Shown: positions 61,349 to 64,000 of the stretch, in pieces
Position numbering within the stretch: the first letter of the stretch is position 1
Layout of the letters: each line of letters starts with the position of its first letter
From: Sedimentisphaerales bacterium
GTDB lineage: Bacteria > Planctomycetota > Phycisphaerae > Sedimentisphaerales > SM23-30
Direction: 5' to 3'
Length of the DNA stretch: 64,000 nt
Assembly (NCBI GenBank): GCA_963663805.2
Contig: CAXXMR010000015.1
Span: 32,001 to 96,000 of the forward strand
Position numbers and translations under genes: made by a program
The notes under the pieces: model-generated
What the model was told of the DNA's origin: nothing
What the model saw: only the letters and a program-made list of their open reading frames with translations
The model's database searches: none

Positions 61349-62265
61349 TGTAGTTGTCAACCGAACGTAATACCGCTTTAACGCGGCTGAAATTTGACAA
61401 TTTTGCTCTTTGAAAAGTTTATATGAGTTCAGATTCAGAGTTGTCGAAGAACACTGACGTGTTGTCAATTGACCAGACATGGTTGGGATACCAAGCAGGA
61501 ATAGAACGAACTTTCACTTGTTCTTTAATTTTCTGTTTACTCGGAGGATTTTTCGGTTTTCTAGGCTGAGGACGATTGAGGATATTTCTGACGGTGGATG
61601 CTGAAATAAAAACTTTCAGCAAGGCCAGTTGGCTGGCTATCCTCATTCTGCCCCAGTTGGTATTATTCTTAGCAATCTCCCAGGCTAATGCGGCGATCTC
61701 GGCAGGCGTTTTGTTAGCGGGAGTCCTATGTTTGACTTGGGTTTCAATATTGCGCATCCAGCGATAGTAAGTTGATTTGGCGATGCCGACATACTCAGAG
61801 AGCTTGTTCCTGGGAATCTGAAAAGTTTCGACGTAATTCAGGATGAACAATTTCTCGTCAAGCGTATAGCGTTTGTTGGTGTCTTTTTTCTTCAAGCCTT
61901 TCTGTAATATGCTGATTTGAATGGCCTGCTGGTAAACTTTGTCACGAAGAAAGAATATTTCCTTATCCTTTTCGTCAATATCCATTTGGGCTACTCGCTT
62001 CAGTTGGCGTTTTCTGGCTCGGCCTGAAAACTGAGCGGCTAAAACTACGGCCTTGATGAGATAGGAAATAACAGTGCTGAGAGTCTCGATGTTGTGATAC
62101 ATGCTTTCCACTTTGGCTGTTTGATATTGATCGCTTTTAAACACCTATATAAATATATTATATGTTTCAACAGCAAAATAGCAAGCCCCCCTACCACCCT
62201 GACAGATCAAGCAATGGATAGCTTGCGACAGGTCGGTTAGAATCCCATTGCAAATCACCAACCCG
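61349..62265 (-). mobile_element. Defective rve-type element, copy B (uninterrupted)
   Basis: Starts TGTAGTTGTCAA. Matches copy A; similarity ends abruptly after CAACCCG. Confidence 0.85.
61419..62144 (-). pseudogene. Truncated rve-type transposase
   Basis: Identical 241-aa product to 36091-36816. Confidence 0.85.
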
Positions 62266-62383
62266 TCTCGTACCATTGAAAACCAAGCCCAAACTACCGG
62301 TTTGACAGCCCAACACATGATTATGGAGTAGAGAATCGTGTTTGCGAGAAAAACCTTGTTTATGAGATTGAAAGCGGGTTTTC

Positions 62384-63635
62384 AGCGACGTTCCAAAAGT
62401 CATCCTCCGCTGATTTTAACTAAAATCGTATGTTTTTGGGGGCTGTTTTGCAAGTAAATATTGCCCGGAATTTCATCTGATATATAATGCCCCCATGATA
62501 CGAAAAACATACACATATTTCACAGCCCTGATAGCTGGCCTCAGCGATAAGGCGGCCCGAGATGCCTTGCTCAAACAGCAGCAATCACTGGACTATTGCC
62601 AGGAGGAAGTCCGGATACTTCGGGAAGTCCTTCGGGACGAGTATGACTGTAAGCGGCTTCTCCTTAATGATTCGCAGAAGCGGAGGCTGGCGGTCAAGGC
62701 TAAACCTTTGGGCAGGCACATTTTAGGGAAAATCACGAAGACATTTCAGCCTGACACGTTGCTTCAATGGTATCGTGATCTCGCAGCCAAGAAATACGAC
62801 AGCTCCAGCAGTGGCCGCCGCAAATCTGGGCGTCCTAGAGTTTCATCGGAGATCATTGAGCAGGTGCTTCGCATGGCCAAAGCCAATCCTTCCTGGGGCT
62901 ATGATCGTATTAGGGGTGTTTTGGCCCACGTTGGCCTGGAGGTGGGGCGAACAACCATCAAACGCATTCTGGATGATCATGGCATTGTTCCTGATCCTGA
63001 GCAAAAAAGACGTGTGCAATGGAAGGAATTCCTGAGCTCGCACATGCATGTCATAGCGGCCACGGATTTCTTTTGCACTGAGGTGATGACGAAATTCGGC
63101 CTGGTCCGCTACATGGTACTTTTCGTGATTGATATCTCTACCCGCAGGGTGGAAATTGCGGGTATCTCAGCCAATCCTGACGGTGAGTGGATGAAACAGA
63201 TGGCCCGAAATCTTACCGATTGCTTTGATGGCTTCCTTAACGGGAAGCGTTACTTGATTCACGATCGTGATTCGCTGTTTACCAAAGATTTTAAGGAAAT
63301 CCTGAAATCTATCGACGTGGCGACAATCAAGCTTCCCCCCTTCTCACCAAATTTGAATTCCTTCGCCGAACGCTACGTGCAAACTGTAAAATTTGAGTAT
63401 TTGGACAAAATGATTTTCACTAGCGAAGAGCAGTTAAGATATGTACTTTCTGAGTTCGATACGCATTATCATCGCGAGAGACCGCACATGGGGCTGGACA
63501 ACAAGATCATCGATCCCTGGCCACAAGATGAAGAAGGTGAGATAGTAGAATTCCGACGATTAGGTGGCCTGTTAAAGTCGTACCGGCGAGTAAAAAAGGC
63601 CGCTTAAGGGCAAAGATGACTTTTGGAACGTCGCT
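62384..63635. repeat. Perfect 21-bp inverted repeat bracketing the rve transposase
   Basis: AGCGACGTTCCAAAAGTCATC (62384-62404) and GATGACTTTTGGAACGTCGCT (63615-63635). Confidence 0.9.
62495..63607 (+). CDS. Integrase-core (rve) DDE transposase, IS481/IS3-like
   Basis: GRP..ANPSWGYDRI, AATDFF, LIHDRDSLFT, SPNLNSFAER, YHRERPHMGL, RLGGLLKSY. Confidence 0.92.
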   Translation: MIRKTYTYFTALIAGLSDKAARDALLKQQQSLDYCQEEVRILREVLRDEYDCKRLLLNDSQKRRLAVKAKPLGRHILGKITKTFQPDTLLQWYRDLAAKKYDSSSSGRRKSGRPRVSSEIIEQVLRMAKANPSWGYDRIRGVLAHVGLEVGRTTIKRILDDHGIVPDPEQKRRVQWKEFLSSHMHVIAATDFFCTEVMTKFGLVRYMVLFVIDISTRRVEIAGISANPDGEWMKQMARNLTDCFDGFLNGKRYLIHDRDSLFTKDFKEILKSIDVATIKLPPFSPNLNSFAERYVQTVKFEYLDKMIFTSEEQLRYVLSEFDTHYHRERPHMGLDNKIIDPWPQDEEGEIVEFRRLGGLLKSYRRVKKAA

Positions 63636-63900
63636 AAGGAACGCCAAATAGCAGCGTTTAATTGCGGAAAAGTCCGGCCCAGAAAATTTGGCTGATTGAG
63701 AGCAGTAAAATGGCCGAAAATTCAACCGAAATAATGCTTGGATCGAAGCAGATGCGCTCTCTGTTTTAACAAAGGGCAGCGACAATATGGAAGGTCGGAT
63801 GAAAATTTCGACACTGATAAATTTGGTGAATATTGATTATCGAATAATCAAAAAAATACCACAAAACACCTTGCCGCCATAACCATTGACGGCACAATCA

Positions 63901-64000
63901 TTTATAAAACAGAGAGCACAGACTTTTTCCGCACCCTCCGGGGTCCCGAGTTGGACACATCGCTGTTAAGCGTTTTAGAATTTCCGAAAATCGAATGGTA
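63901..64000. repeat. Repeat R3 (runs off the window)
   Basis: Homologous to R1; the right half is identical to R2. Confidence 0.85.

Noticed and set aside
37119..64000. R repeats as CRISPR repeats, integron attC sites or tRNA fragments
   Set aside because: Only three dispersed copies, no regular spacers, no cas gene or tyrosine integrase, and no cloverleaf or convincing attC dyad.

Overview
Bacterial DNA, most likely a planctomycete of the Phycisphaerae/Sedimentisphaerales type. This is inferred from prepilin/H-X9-DG proteins, a PEP-CTERM protein, C-terminal dockerin-like motifs, a Tat sulfatase and a DUF2924-like/serine recombinase module. The window holds two polysaccharide-utilisation-like loci interrupted by mobile-element debris. 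Locus 1 (1-8.7 kb and 14-33.4 kb) encodes four paralogous TIM-barrel proteins that keep the GH156 (EnvSia156-type sialidase) motifs. It also encodes GH2, a clan GH-A enzyme, a sialate O-acetylesterase, a sulfatase, an esterase, an SSS symporter, KdgK and Eda, an FCD-AraC regulator, a prepilin-like protein and LamG-like/dockerin-like proteins. Locus 2 (45-61 kb) encodes GH172, a 1337-aa multidomain protein, a prepilin, a PEP-CTERM protein, a GntR/LacI regulator, an SSS symporter, a URO-D-like protein and a 978-aa unknown. In both loci, stand-alone non-catalytic genes duplicate domains of the neighbouring large enzyme. The mobile DNA comprises three IS21 copies (one truncated), two IS630, one IS4, an IS66 remnant fused to a phage capsid fragment, an orphan RHS tip, a large serine recombinase module flanked by ~100-bp repeats, and a family of rve-type transposon pieces. 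No rRNA, tRNA or CRISPR array was seen. All family assignments come from reading motifs by eye; no database search was run.
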